From positions 4,092,001 to 4,156,000 of the forward strand of contig NW_026262604.1 of the NCBI RefSeq assembly GCF_021869535.1: a DNA stretch of 64,000 bases. Direction: 5' to 3'. Within the stretch, counting starts at the first letter, position 1. The number at the start of each line of letters is the position of its first letter. The notes beneath the pieces are model-generated. The model saw only the letters and a program-made list of their open reading frames with translations. It ran no database searches and was not told the origin of the DNA. Below, piece by piece: positions 52,095 through 64,000 of this stretch. A program made the translations under genes and the position numbers. This DNA is from Mytilus californianus (Eukaryota).

Positions 52095-52282
52095 TTATCA
52101 AATTACCATGCTTATAATTTGATACGCCAGACGCGCGTTTTGTCTCATAAAACTCATCAGTGACTATGTTAGATTATAAAAATAACCATATTATTGATAT
52201 TCATTTCAACACCGAACTGCTGACTACTGGGTTGGTGATACCCTCGGGGACGAAACGTCCACCAGCAGTGGCATCGACCCTA
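52095..52282 (-). mobile_element. Internally deleted retrozyme with inactive hammerhead
   Basis: Minus strand ggtcgatgccactgctggtggacgtttcgtccccgagggtatcacc... then gtcaCTGATGAgttttatgagacAAAACgcgcGTCtggcgt (GAAA>AAAA). Confidence 0.8.
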
Positions 52283-53154
52283 TCAATTAACACTACCACC
52301 AAATGGGTGCTTATATGAATAACACGACCGGTGCATCAAGACTGTGGGTCAACTAACTTTTCTTTACAACATGAAAAACCATTATCTGATAGTCGTGTTG
52401 CTCAGTCTTATTTTATTACGCGTTTTGTCTTGTTCGTTATTTTTCTCGAATTATTGCCATAACGCTGGCAGTTAGTCTTTTCAAATTTCATCATCCGATT
52501 AAATTTTAAGAAGTAATCTAAATAATGCTCATATTGCAAATTTCAACATTTGTATCCTATTCTATTTGAATTAATTCACAATAGAAAATTGAAATATAAA
52601 TTAAATTAAAAAATGGGATTGCCTAACAGTAGCTGCTTTATATTAAAATTTTGTTTTGACTATTCCAAATTCCGTGTTTTCCTACAAGAATCGGTTACAT
52701 ATAGTTCAGTGAGTTCGATTACATTTTCAATTCCACTTTACCATGTGGTTGCTTGAAGAGGTTTTATTCAATAAAACCAAGCAAAATAAAACCTTACAAA
52801 CCGAAAGAAAAAAAAAAAACACGCGTTGGCAAGGACAGTTTAGAAAGAATACATTTGTTCATATAATAACTAAGTATACTAACAGAATGTTTCCAGACTA
52901 ATTAAATTGAAATAGCTCTATTATAACAATACCAGAACTAAGCAAAACCAATTGAGTAATCGCATAAAATGTTTTTTGTTGATTTTTCATTACGAAGTTT
53001 CAAAGCTAATACATCTTACAAGCAGCTAGCCGTTAACAAAAATGATATTAATATTGCCATATTGAAGTTTTACTGATTTTCTAACATGTAAGAAATAAGA
53101 AAAAAAGGGACGAGTATAAATCGGATTCACTTTATATATGCATACTTAAATCGT

Positions 53155-53525
53155 ACTTTGTGAAAAATTACTCTGATTCAAACAAAAAAATCTCTGAAAC
53201 TGATATTTTCAAGATGATTGATAACATGGTTGACAACATATTTGTTACGTTTGGAGGACGTTTTCAACAAACAATCGACATTCCTATTGTAACCAACTGT
53301 GCTCCAATTATCGCCGACTTGTTCCTTTTAACATGTGAAGCTGGGTTCATACAGAAGTTTCTTAGGAAGAAACAGGGAAGTTAGCATTATTCCTTAACTT
53401 CATTTTAACTTTACTTTCCGCTATATAAATGATGTCTTCTCACTGAATAATTCAAAGTTAGGTGACTTTGTTGAACGCTTCTATCCAATTGAACTTGAGA
53501 TGAATGATACAACAGATACATTATT
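53155..53525 (+). mobile_element. Degenerate Penelope-like RT fragment
   Basis: KNYSDSNKKISETDIFKMIDNMVDNIFVTFGGRFQQTIDIPIVTNCAPIIADLFL; colinear with 28420-28770. Confidence 0.85.
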
Positions 53526-55711
53526 ATTCTTGTATAAATAAGAAAGAAACGTCGGCTCCTTTGGTTTTAACTCCTTTGTCTATGACGTTTAACTTGATGT
53601 CAAGCTGATAGGTCAAGTTGACGTTTACAATTTAACTTTTGCTATAACTTCCTATTACATACTTGATGGCCAAAATGTCTTTTGTATTAGGTTCAACAAA
53701 CTTTTATAAACCGGAGGCAGTTATGAAATCGTCATTTCTGCAAGTCTAGCAAAAATACACTTTGGTGGTGTGAATACATATACTTCTTACAAATATCTAG
53801 GATACTTCCAATATGATTTTCCACAGCAAACAAAACGTAAAAAGATCTGACTTTGAAAGGTTTGCCTTTTTTTTACATCCATGCATAATACATATCGATC
53901 ACTTACTTTAACGTGATAGATATGTATATGCATATATGCATATATAAATATAAATGAGTTTAAATTGAACACAATGTTCAAATCTATGATTGCGTTCGAT
54001 AAAAACCGCATTTTTATAAATATATATGTATACAAAACGCTATACAAATTACGACATCTGGCATTTTTGGATGTATAAATACCGAGCCACGTCTATATAG
54101 GGTTAAGTTTTCTTTTGTGTTATATAGTCATGGATTTCGAATGGAATCAATAGTTGATGTTTACCTGTATGACTGAGCTATTATTATACATATAAACCTC
54201 GTATTGTATTACATTTGATAGTGACATTGACACTGCAGAAGGCCATTTTTGTACACCCGCATTATTTGTCAAGACGATTTTATAACATTCTCCTCGTATC
54301 TTACCATCTTGAATTAGTATCATAAGAGAGAAGACGTAATACAAGTCAATAATGATTTTATTGGGGAAATAAAATCATGGCTTATGTAGGTTATCAACAG
54401 ATCAACAAAGGGTCTTTGAATCACCGTTAATTAGACGCAAATACAAAAATGCAGATCAAATCTTAAAAAAAGAATAGATAATGGAAATCGTAGTGTTGCG
54501 CAATCGTAATACTCGTTATATGAGTTTTCTTTTTCTGTACATTATTGCTTATTCTAGACGATTCGGTACATATAACATTTGATGGTTGGTCTTTTAATAT
54601 ACTTCTATATATATTTATTCAAGTTCTAATTGTAGGTGAAATCAGCTTTTAATCCCGAGCAAAGTCTTCCAATTTAATTGAACAAACATCCAAGGTTGCA
54701 GACCAACATATTATGTAAAAAGCTAAACAATCTTTGTAGAATTTTCCTTTCCTATAAAAATATAGACTACATTACATATAGATTTAAATGAAGAAAAGCT
54801 TTTTTAATATCGTTTTTTGAACCAAGTGACTATATCAGCCCTTGAGTCGCACCGTCGGCCTAGTGTCATGGATGTGTGACGAACGTTAAACATAGCTTAT
54901 CAGCGACGTTACTATGCAAAACAAGAAGCTATCAAAGAAGTTACAATATAAGATCACATATTGTCAACTTTCTACCTCGAAATATCAGCCTTCCTACACA
55001 TAACACAGATTGATCGTTACGGCTGATAAGTAACGATAAAATTTACAGAAAACTTGATATTATTTACGTGCAATGTACAACAACATTACGACATACAAAA
55101 TATACAAATGTCTATACATTATCGTAAAGAGTTTTGTTTTCTGTACACTTAATCTATCCCTAATCCAAGCAGAATTATAAAAGATAATCAAATATACATA
55201 AACAGTGATCACTTTTACTGAAAGCTATCTCATATAACATTCAAGCTGTTTATTTAAACAACATGTCGTCGGGGCGTCCAAACAAAATCTAAAATATGCT
55301 GTAAATCCTTTTTTATTGGGAATCATCATAAAAGTTATGACAATACTGAAAGATAAACCGTTGCACATATCGTTTTAATATTGAGTTAAATTACTGTTAA
55401 AACAATAATAAAAAAGCAAAAGAAGTAATTACTTTATAAATGTATGTCCGTCTGAAAAAAAAAGATAGAAACTAAAGACTGAATGATTGTGAACAGCTGT
55501 ATACTGATAGCCATGTATATAACGTTTTTTACTGGCATGCAAGTAGCTGCTAGAAGTCCTTTGTTAATTTATGTATCAATGTCATTTTGATTTGTTTCTT
55601 TTGTTTCCTATTCGGACATTGGACTTGGACGTCTTTCAAACTGAGTTTTACTGAGCGTATTGCTATGTGTTTGTATTTTTCTATATTGGCTAGATGTATA
55701 GGCGGAGGGTT

Positions 55712-56171
55712 AAGAGGATTGCTGCTCACGAGGAAGCTATTAAAACAAGAGTTCCAAATGGGGAAGTTGAAATCATCCCTTTGTAAATTTTACGGACGCC
55801 ATCACGAGTTGGTTGACCGTTAAGGAATAACCGTTTCACAGATGATATCGGATATGTTCCTTATGTCATAACTACAATACCCTCCCTTTTCACGAATATG
55901 ACTTACCGAATTAGACTATTTACCGGATTTGTAATAATATAAGCAACACGACCGGTGCCACATGTGGAGCAGGATCTGCTTACCCTTCCGGAGCACCTGA
56001 TATCACCCCCAGTTTTTGGTAGGGTTCGTGTTGCTTAGTCTTTGGTTTTCTATGTTGTGTCATCTGTACTATTATTTGTCTGTTTGTCTTTTTATTTTTG
56101 GCCATGGCGTTGTCAGTTTGTTTTCGATCTATGAGTTTGACTGTCCCTCTGGTATCTTTCGTCCCTCTTTT
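55712..56171 (+). mobile_element. Penelope-like element 3' end (RT tail + UTR) inserted in another repeat
   Basis: Near-identical to 28992-29450 (RGLLLTRKLLKQEFQMGKLKSSLCKFYGRHHELVDR). It splits the repeat seen intact at 14135-14575. Confidence 0.88.
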
Positions 56172-58873
56172 AAGATCGCACTAAAAATGTTTAAACCTGC
56201 CGCATTTTTGCGCCTGTCCCAAGTCAGGAGCCTCTGGCCTGTGTTCATCTGTATGATTTTTAATTTCAGTTCATTCATATGTTGTAGAGTTTAGTATGAC
56301 TTCTATTTCCACTGAACTAGTACACATGTTTGTTTAATGGCCAGCTGAAGCCCGCCTCCGTGTGCGGGATTTTCCCGCTGTGTTGAAGACTAATTGGTGG
56401 CCGTCGACTGTTTTCTACTCTTTGGTCAGGTTGTTGTCTCTTTGACACATTCCCAATTTCCATTCTCAATTTTATTATTATTATTATGCCGTTTATTTCG
56501 ATTTAAACACAATATTAAACAATCGTTTCTGTTATCATGATAGAAATATATCTTGCCATGCACTTAGCTATACATTTTCTACAAACACCATCTTTATCTA
56601 TGGAAAATTGGCTATTGAAGGTTATCCAAGTCTCTAGCGTCTTTGCAAGCAGTTGCTATGAGTAAATATGTTTTTATTCAATCAGTTGTAAAAGCTTATT
56701 TGTAAACTGGATTCGAAGTAGACTATCTTGAGAAAATCATATGTAATTTCCCAGGTCATTGATAATGTATTAATTGTTACTTTTGGTTCATAGAAAAAGA
56801 AAGACATCAAAATGGATTAAACATATTATAAAATAGCGGTTTGTTTATTTGTTAAGAAAATCTTTTGAATTGGGATTTTAAAACTTTTTCAATGAATATC
56901 TATTAAACATAAAATCGATTCAATCTGCATACATCAACAGATATTGTGTTACTCTTTTGAAAGATTGTTATAAATTCATAATATATGAATATTTGTAATT
57001 TAAATTGTTTAGAAGTTCTTATATATACTCTTCGCAGTCATTGCAACTCATCGATCTTTCCTAAATATAATTGGTGGGGTGTTTTTGTCCTGTCGATATT
57101 CCAAAAGTAAGCCGTTACACCTAAATTTGCTTTTTTTATGACCGCTGCATAAAACATACAAGCTAGAAATACAAATATGCCTAAAAAAAAATTACAATAG
57201 TGTGTTATATCCTGAATATGTACTAAATATTCCACATTGCAAGAAAACAGAAGAATAATTTAGGAAATTTGAGTCCCAAGGGGCAAAAAACAGAGAAGAA
57301 TGCCTACCCCCTGGGTAATAAAACAGATAATTTAACTTGTAAATGCTATGAATTTGTTATTTTAACAATAACTGTGCTTGGAAGTTATGCTAAAATCAGA
57401 TGTTAGCAGTCATTTCTATTAAACTTTGAGTGAATTCATACACCAGACTGGTATCTTCATTCATACAACTTTTGCAAAAATGGCTTTGTTTAAACACTTC
57501 TAGTTCATATATTAGCTACATTTTGTTAGATATTTGATTAGAAATGACACTGTTGTGACAAGAATTCAAAACTGACCCTTTGAGGCACAAATTGTTAAAT
57601 AACAAATAGGCATACAGTAAGATATGGCCTGGAGACAGAGGTCGGATTGGATACTTTCTATAATCTTGAATGTTTGAATGATTAACTACTAAACATTACA
57701 TTTATAGTATTCTGAAATGCTTTCAATTTGTTATCAGAATAGTTTCAAACATGCACATAGGGTAAGCTGGCAATAATTAAAGTCTTGTTTTCAAATTCTT
57801 TAAAAAATTTAAACAGGGGTAGGGGTATAAAACATACTGTAAAAGGAAACTTAGAGTATGTGCAGTGACTATAACTCTGATATATACGCATTGTTGTGAG
57901 AAAAAGTATTTTTAAAGAGTTTTCTATTTGAATAAATGTTTGTTTAGGTTGCACTTTGTAAATACAGCTGTTTCTCAAACCACGCCTCTTTTGGGGAGAT
58001 ATATAATATTCATAGATAATTTGATTTGTTGGCATACTGGTTCCCAGATATGATCTCTATGTTTTATCTCATAGAGATATAATTTGGGACTGTTACCAGT
58101 ATAAACACATATTATTTTAATAAATGTTAGTGTAATTAGATCTTTGAATATTGTTTAAATTGGTATAAAAATTGATTTTGTTATCAGTAAATTAAAATAA
58201 AAATAAGTAACTTTGTTTTACACCTTTGCACTTCAACGGAACTAAGTATGTTGGTACCTTAATGCCGCCATTGCAAAAAGTCATGTTTTACTCTGACTTT
58301 TTATAACGTATTAATTTACAATAAATTCATTTGATGTTGGATGTGTACTCATTCATATTTTAGTTGTTGGTGTTTTTGTTTAATGTGTTCTGCTTTGAAG
58401 AGATCTGATGAGTCAAACCTTTTCAAACTGATTTTCTTAAATGACTTCACGTTTGAAATATTGTTGATCTATATATACTGAAAATGAAAGAGATTCATTT
58501 TTGAGGATTTTCGATTCAATGGACATTTTGTTTGGTAAGATGTAGTTTTTATGTTTCCTCATTACTTGAGTCCGATTTAAAAAAAAAAAGAAATAATGCC
58601 ACATGAAACGAAACCTATAAAAGGTTAAATATATATTCCTTATATTCAATTCAATGACAAAACAAATATAATCCGATCGTGCTCAATTAATACAGAAAAT
58701 GAAGAAGTTGCTAAAACGTAACAAATGAAACCTCGTCTTAATGAGAACATAGTCTGTGAATTGACACAGTTTTACATAGTTAAATGTTCAACATTTAAAA
58801 AGAAAAAAATCCAACGTACAAGTTGGTAGAAAGTTTTTGTTTAAAAATAAATCGCTCAAACATATATGATAAT

Positions 58874-61410
58874 GTTCGCTATCAAACGTTTGTCAAAGGC
58901 GAGACTATTCAGAGATGTATCGTTGCTCGTACAAATCAATAAAAAAAAAAACTAAAATTGAAAAATTTATGATAAACTACGAAATTCTGTATTTTTGGTA
59001 CACTTCACATATGTCTTATATGTCAGTATAACAGAGTCAATTTCCATTTTCCTTGAATTAAGTATTGTTAAAGGAAGATGTCTGTTGTTATTGTGTGGTT
59101 TACATGTTGTTATGAACTATTTTATTATTCATTTTTGCGTTTTTCGGTGCGGAGAGTTATTTAGTTTGTTTGTACCGTATTCCTGTAACGTAGTGTTGTC
59201 ATTTTAGCGATATTGTTTTAACATTGCAATATCAGCGGGCGGTTTGGCTAACCATAAAAACAGTTTCAACCAACCATTGTTTTCTACAAATGTCATGTAC
59301 AAAGTCAGGAATATGTCAGTTGTTATCAAATATTCCGTTTCTATGTATGTTGACGTTTGTTTTTGTTTCACTTCTGTGTTTTGATTGTTCCGTTGTTTCC
59401 TATTATAGCTGATATATTTCTGTCGATTATAACTTGTAATTTTTATATGTTTAATGACTTTTGAAGGCTGTATACTAATGTTGCATTAAGTTATGTCTAA
59501 ACGAATTACAAAAAGATTAATTAAAGAACATATGTTTTTGCGTTCCATTTCAAAAATAGCAACCAACTTGGGGTTTTTTTTTATATAAAAAATGCTCTTT
59601 ATATTTGTACCCGGACTTATTTCTGGTATTTTTACCTCCGTTTTAACTATCTGTTTAATCTTAATAACCATTTGTATTTCCTCTCAATTAAGTTTTTCCT
59701 CCAATCCAGCGTAAATAATAATAAAATGTTAACATATCCAAAAATGTTTCATGATGCCAGGTATCAGATATGAATATACATAGAGTATTCTTATGTCACG
59801 AACAAATAATTAATTGACTGTAGAACTAAAAATCAAAAGACAACGGTAATACAACTTCAGTAAGTGGTGAAACTGATCATTTAAAACGTTGCAATATTTT
59901 AAGAAAAAAAGAGAATGGCAAATTTTCAAATGTTAAAAATAGTGAATAATTGAACTATAGTTAACAATCACAAGTCGGATTGCATTTCACAAATATGACA
60001 TGATCAAGTGATTTTTTTTTCTACACGGGAATACCCTCTAATTAAAGTGCACTTGCTCAATTTCAATAGTTTAAACTAAATAATAAACAGGCATAAAATG
60101 CTTGATATCTATTGATTATGTACGACCTTGGTTGAATAATACCTATTATCCCTCGCGACATATAAGTACATAAGATCGGGGTTTGAATTACATTATTGCT
60201 TAAAGCAATAAACATGTACAAACGTATTGAGATAAAATTCAAAATAAAAATCAAACTCTTAATGATCTTGTAATTAAGCGACAACATGTGATAATAGTGT
60301 ATTGTCTAATATAAGTTCGCTATCAAACCTTTGCTGAAGGTGAGACTATTCAGCGTTGTATGCTGTTGCTCGTAGATTTACTACAAATCGATTAAAAAAA
60401 AAAATGAGAAATATTTGTGATCAACTTCGATATGCTCGTGTATGTTCTCACTATACGGACATCATAGACATGAGTGTGCTCCTTGGTGTTTGTTTTTGTT
60501 ACACTACAGTGTTTCTGTTGTTCCGTTGTTTTCTTTCTAAAGTTGATGTGTTTCCCTCTGTTTTAGTTTGTAACCCATATTTGTTTTATGACTTAAGAAC
60601 CGCAGTATACTACTGCTGCCTTTATTTATGCCTTAACAAATGTACAAAATGATCATTTGAGTAAAATAATCTTGTGCACTCCATTTCAATTAGTACAATA
60701 ACATTTTTTGTAATCAAAAATGCTTTGTTTTATTTGTACCCAGAGCTGGAATTTTCACCTCCGGATTAAACTATCTGTTTAAAGATGACATTGTTACATA
60801 ATAAGCATTTCTGTTTCCTCCCAATTAAGTTTTCTATACAAGTCAGCGTAAAAAGTAATCAAAATATTTTATCATATCTAAATATTAAGCGATGTATCAG
60901 ATATAAATATACACAGTGTATTACTATGACAAGCACACAATATTAATTAACCGTAGAACTAAACATTATAAGACAACATTGATAAAACTTCAGTAAGTGG
61001 TGTTATTTATCATTAAAATCGTTGCAATATCTTTAAGAAGAAAAGATAATAGCAAATGTTCAAATGTTAAAAATAGTGAATAATTGAATAATAAGTCGGA
61101 CTGCATTTCACAAACATGACATGATCAAGTGATATTTTTTTTCTACACGGGAATTGCACTTTAATTTCAATAGTTTAAACTAAATAATAAACAAGCATAA
61201 AAGGCTTGATATCTAATGATCATGTACGACCTTCGTTGAATAATACCTATTATCCCTCGCTACATATAAATAAACTAGATCGGGGTTTGAATTACATTAT
61301 TGCTTAACGTAATAATCATATACACACATATTGAGGTAAAATCCATGATTTAAAACTCTGAATGTACTTGTATCCAAGCGACAACCTTTAGTTCAATCTG
61401 TGATAATAGT
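58874..61410. repeat. Tandem segmental duplication (two diverged copies, 1.1-1.4 kb period)
   Basis: Shared anchors: gttcgctatcaaac 58874/60315; tatttgtacc 59602/60731; gatcggggtttgaattacattattgctta 60174/61278. Confidence 0.9.
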
Positions 61411-62204
61411 GTTTTATTTGTCGTTTTATGTATTGTACTTCTATTCGGTTTTTGTATGGTATTTGGTTCATATTGTACTACTCAGAATCTTTTGTGATTT
61501 GTTTTAATAGTGTTATGTTTGCTCATTTTTAAACGACGCTTTAATCAACTACATGGTTTGGAAATACAAATTTTCAATTGAAACGTGTGCATTTATGTGA
61601 GTGGTATTGCCTTTACTGTATGGTATTTTCGAAATTATGTTTTTAACTGAAAGGGTTTATTGTTTTCCGAGGTTGAACAATCGCGAACGTTTAAGAAAAG
61701 AAATAGTTGAAGTTTAAATACACATTCAACAATATTAACAGTCTAATTGGTTTTAATTTTGTGCAATTACACCACTGCACAATTGGTTTTGTATCCGTTA
61801 TATTCTTTTAGGAGATATCCAATTTGTCAAAATATGTTTCCTAAAAATTCTCCTTTCTCTTGCGTCATGAACATCACAGCTGATATTAAATAAGTAATGA
61901 ATTCGTGAAAATAATTGAAAATGGGTTTGCTCCTCACAGGAATATATGACTTTAGCAAGATCAAACATGTTTACCAAGTATTTTGAATTTTTATTTTCAT
62001 ACTGTAATCCAAGACATTGATTTGTCATTACAAGTATTGTGACTCGAGCGCTTCTGATAAGTTTGATTTATGCACAATGTATGACTGTCGTCCTTAATTA
62101 TTTTCGTTTTTCTTTGTTTTTACTCGTGGACATTTTGTACATACGGTATTAACTCAGAAGCCAATAATTAACTTACAACATTTCATGGCTACCTTTTACT
62201 CTAA

Positions 62205-63915
62205 GGGGAAACGATACAGTTTCAAATCCACGATGAGTTTTTTACGAAAATGTGCATAGAAGCTAAACAGATAAACTCAAGCAGATTTTTGTAAAAACAT
62301 GTAAAATCTTCTTAACATAACTATGCTCTTAATAGACATTTTCGGAAAATAAAGTTTACAATGACTTTCAAGTTGAAGATGATAATTACAGGTAAACTTA
62401 CCTATGGGTCAACTCAAAATACACAATGTCTCGAAAAATGTCTCAACGAAAACAATAAGAGAAATGATTTTTATCTATATGTTATACTACAATTTTGTCT
62501 TTGGCAATTCATAATTATACAGTTGTTATATTATTGCATTATAGACGACGCCGTAGACACCTGGTAGGGAAACGATGTTTTTCAAATATTTTCACGTCAT
62601 AGATGCTTCTCTTATTAAACAACTTGAGAAATACTCTTTAAAACATATCGTCTAATGAGACAAATTGGAAATGATGTCATGACATTGGCAGGCAACATAC
62701 AACTTTCCCCGAGAAATAGAGTTATGTTGCTCGTGCTTTGGCAAAGGTCTTATCCCTGTTATCATATGCTAACCTTAATGTTTTGCGTACGCGTTACCAG
62801 AATAAATGATGAAATAATTCGGTGCATTCCCGTGTTTTACAAACAGTTTCATAATCTGATACAGTGGCAATCTCTTAATGAATAGAGAGCAAAGATGGGA
62901 AACAGGGAAAAGCTCCTAATGAAAATAAGTGCTAGCGCTATTGACGATACCTCAGCGGAAATTTACAGGCCACTAGTTGAGCCTCTGGAGCTTTATTTTT
63001 CTAGATATTGCCCCATTCATTGCGTCCATAATCAGGTCGTCATCGATAGTTTAGATAAAATGATTTATATTAATTCCGTGTTTTTGGGACATCAAATTGA
63101 TGCGAAACAGTTTGCAATGATGATGTCAATTGGGATCAATTGGGAGAAATCCCGAGTCTGACTTCCCTGAAATAATAGTTTTACTGGCTTATTAAATATA
63201 TCCTTATAGATATCCTCTTTTGACACCCTATTCACCCCAGCTATTCAGCGAAAACCAGACAATTTAAAAAAAAGGTGTCGGAAAATTAGTAATTTAATCA
63301 AAGACTACAGAGCCACTGTTCTACATTCGATTGGAGAACTGATGAATTATAAAGTTATGGGAAGTCGTTGGAGACATTCGAGGAGAAAAAAAAAAAACGT
63401 CGAAAAGTACCTATTTATGCAGCTTTTGTATGCAGGCTTATTTCGTTGATTTGAATAAAAATACATCTTTTGCGTTATTTGGTTTTTTAATTTGTCAACA
63501 TTATACACTTTGAAATGGCCCCTATAGAATTATCTATAAATGTCATCATCAATTTAAACCTAAAAATTTAAAATACTTTTCGAAAATGTCTAATATGTAC
63601 CTTAGTTTTTGGGAAATGATTAAATTTGTACAAAGCTTCAGGATATGTAGGTAAAACGACATTTTTAGCGGTATGTTTATCAAATAAAAAAACATTGACT
63701 TTTTAATTGAAATTGGTAAAACGAATCTTCTTACGTAATAAACCTAATGCCATTTCAAAAAAAGGCCGATGTACTCGTCTTCATGTTAAATCAGTTTAAT
63801 AAATTAAAAAAAGGCGAAAATGCTTATATTGCCAATATGTCACAGTTTGATGTCGCGTAAATGAAAATTTACGCACGCAGCGTTATAACCTCCCCTGTCA
63901 CTGTATCGTTTACCC
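62205..63915 (+). mobile_element. PIF/Harbinger-type DNA transposon, complete ends, decayed transposase
   Basis: TIR GGG(G/T)AAACGATACAGT at 62205-62220 and 63900-63915. The TSD is TAA (62202-62204 and 63916-63918). Length 1711 bp. Confidence 0.92.
62655..63385 (+). pseudogene. Harbinger-type DDE transposase (HTH + DDE_Tnp_4-like), disrupted
   Basis: LSPRNRVMLLVLWQRSYPCY (HTH); IQWQSLNE* (TAG 62883-62885); SAIDDTSAEIYRP; NQVVID...FLGHQIDAKQF; frameshift; LLAY*IYPYRYPLLTPY; YRATVLHSIGELMNYKVMGSRWRH. Confidence 0.85.
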
Positions 63916-64000
63916 TAAATAGTATTGTTCATCAAATTTTTAGACCATTGGAAACACCAAAAACTAACATACCTAAAAGAAAGGATGGACTTATGGAAGA

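Noticed and set aside
55952-56036. HDV-like ribozyme reading of the Penelope 3' module
   Set aside because: P1-, P2- and P4-like pairings can be drawn, but P3/L3 length and the P1.1 register do not fit the HDV fold. It is kept only as an unclassified structure.

Overview
AT-rich, intron-rich, repeat-dense eukaryotic DNA, almost certainly a mussel (Mytilus). This is inferred from a mytimycin antifungal-peptide gene, mussel-type hammerhead retrozymes and bivalve-type repeats. I built all gene models by hand from splice sites and reading frames. Host genes: (1) an 11-exon CBM2+GH9 endoglucanase on the minus strand (33314-44670), intact except for one TGG>TAG nonsense codon and one doubtful splice donor; (2) a 3-exon mytimycin gene on the plus strand (about 19295-26795) with a stop at codon 3, plus an orphan, decayed mytimycin last exon just upstream; (3) relics of WAP-domain, C-type lectin and EGF-like single-pass receptor genes. 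Every recognisable host gene carries a disabling or suspicious lesion. Mobile DNA: mytimycin intron 2 holds a 41-bp satellite array. Inserted into it are a complete 353-bp retrozyme with an intact type I hammerhead and a 2.66-kb Crypton-like tyrosine-recombinase element. That element has an intron-split ORF with all catalytic residues, 12-bp inverted repeats and a 145-bp terminal palindrome. Elsewhere are a PIF/Harbinger-type element (16-bp TIR, TAA TSD), a non-autonomous CACTA element (70-bp TIR, AAG TSD), several Penelope-like RT fragments, MITEs and a 1.1-1.4 kb tandem duplication. I saw no rRNA, tRNA or CRISPR array. Family names come from motif recognition and memory, not database searches.
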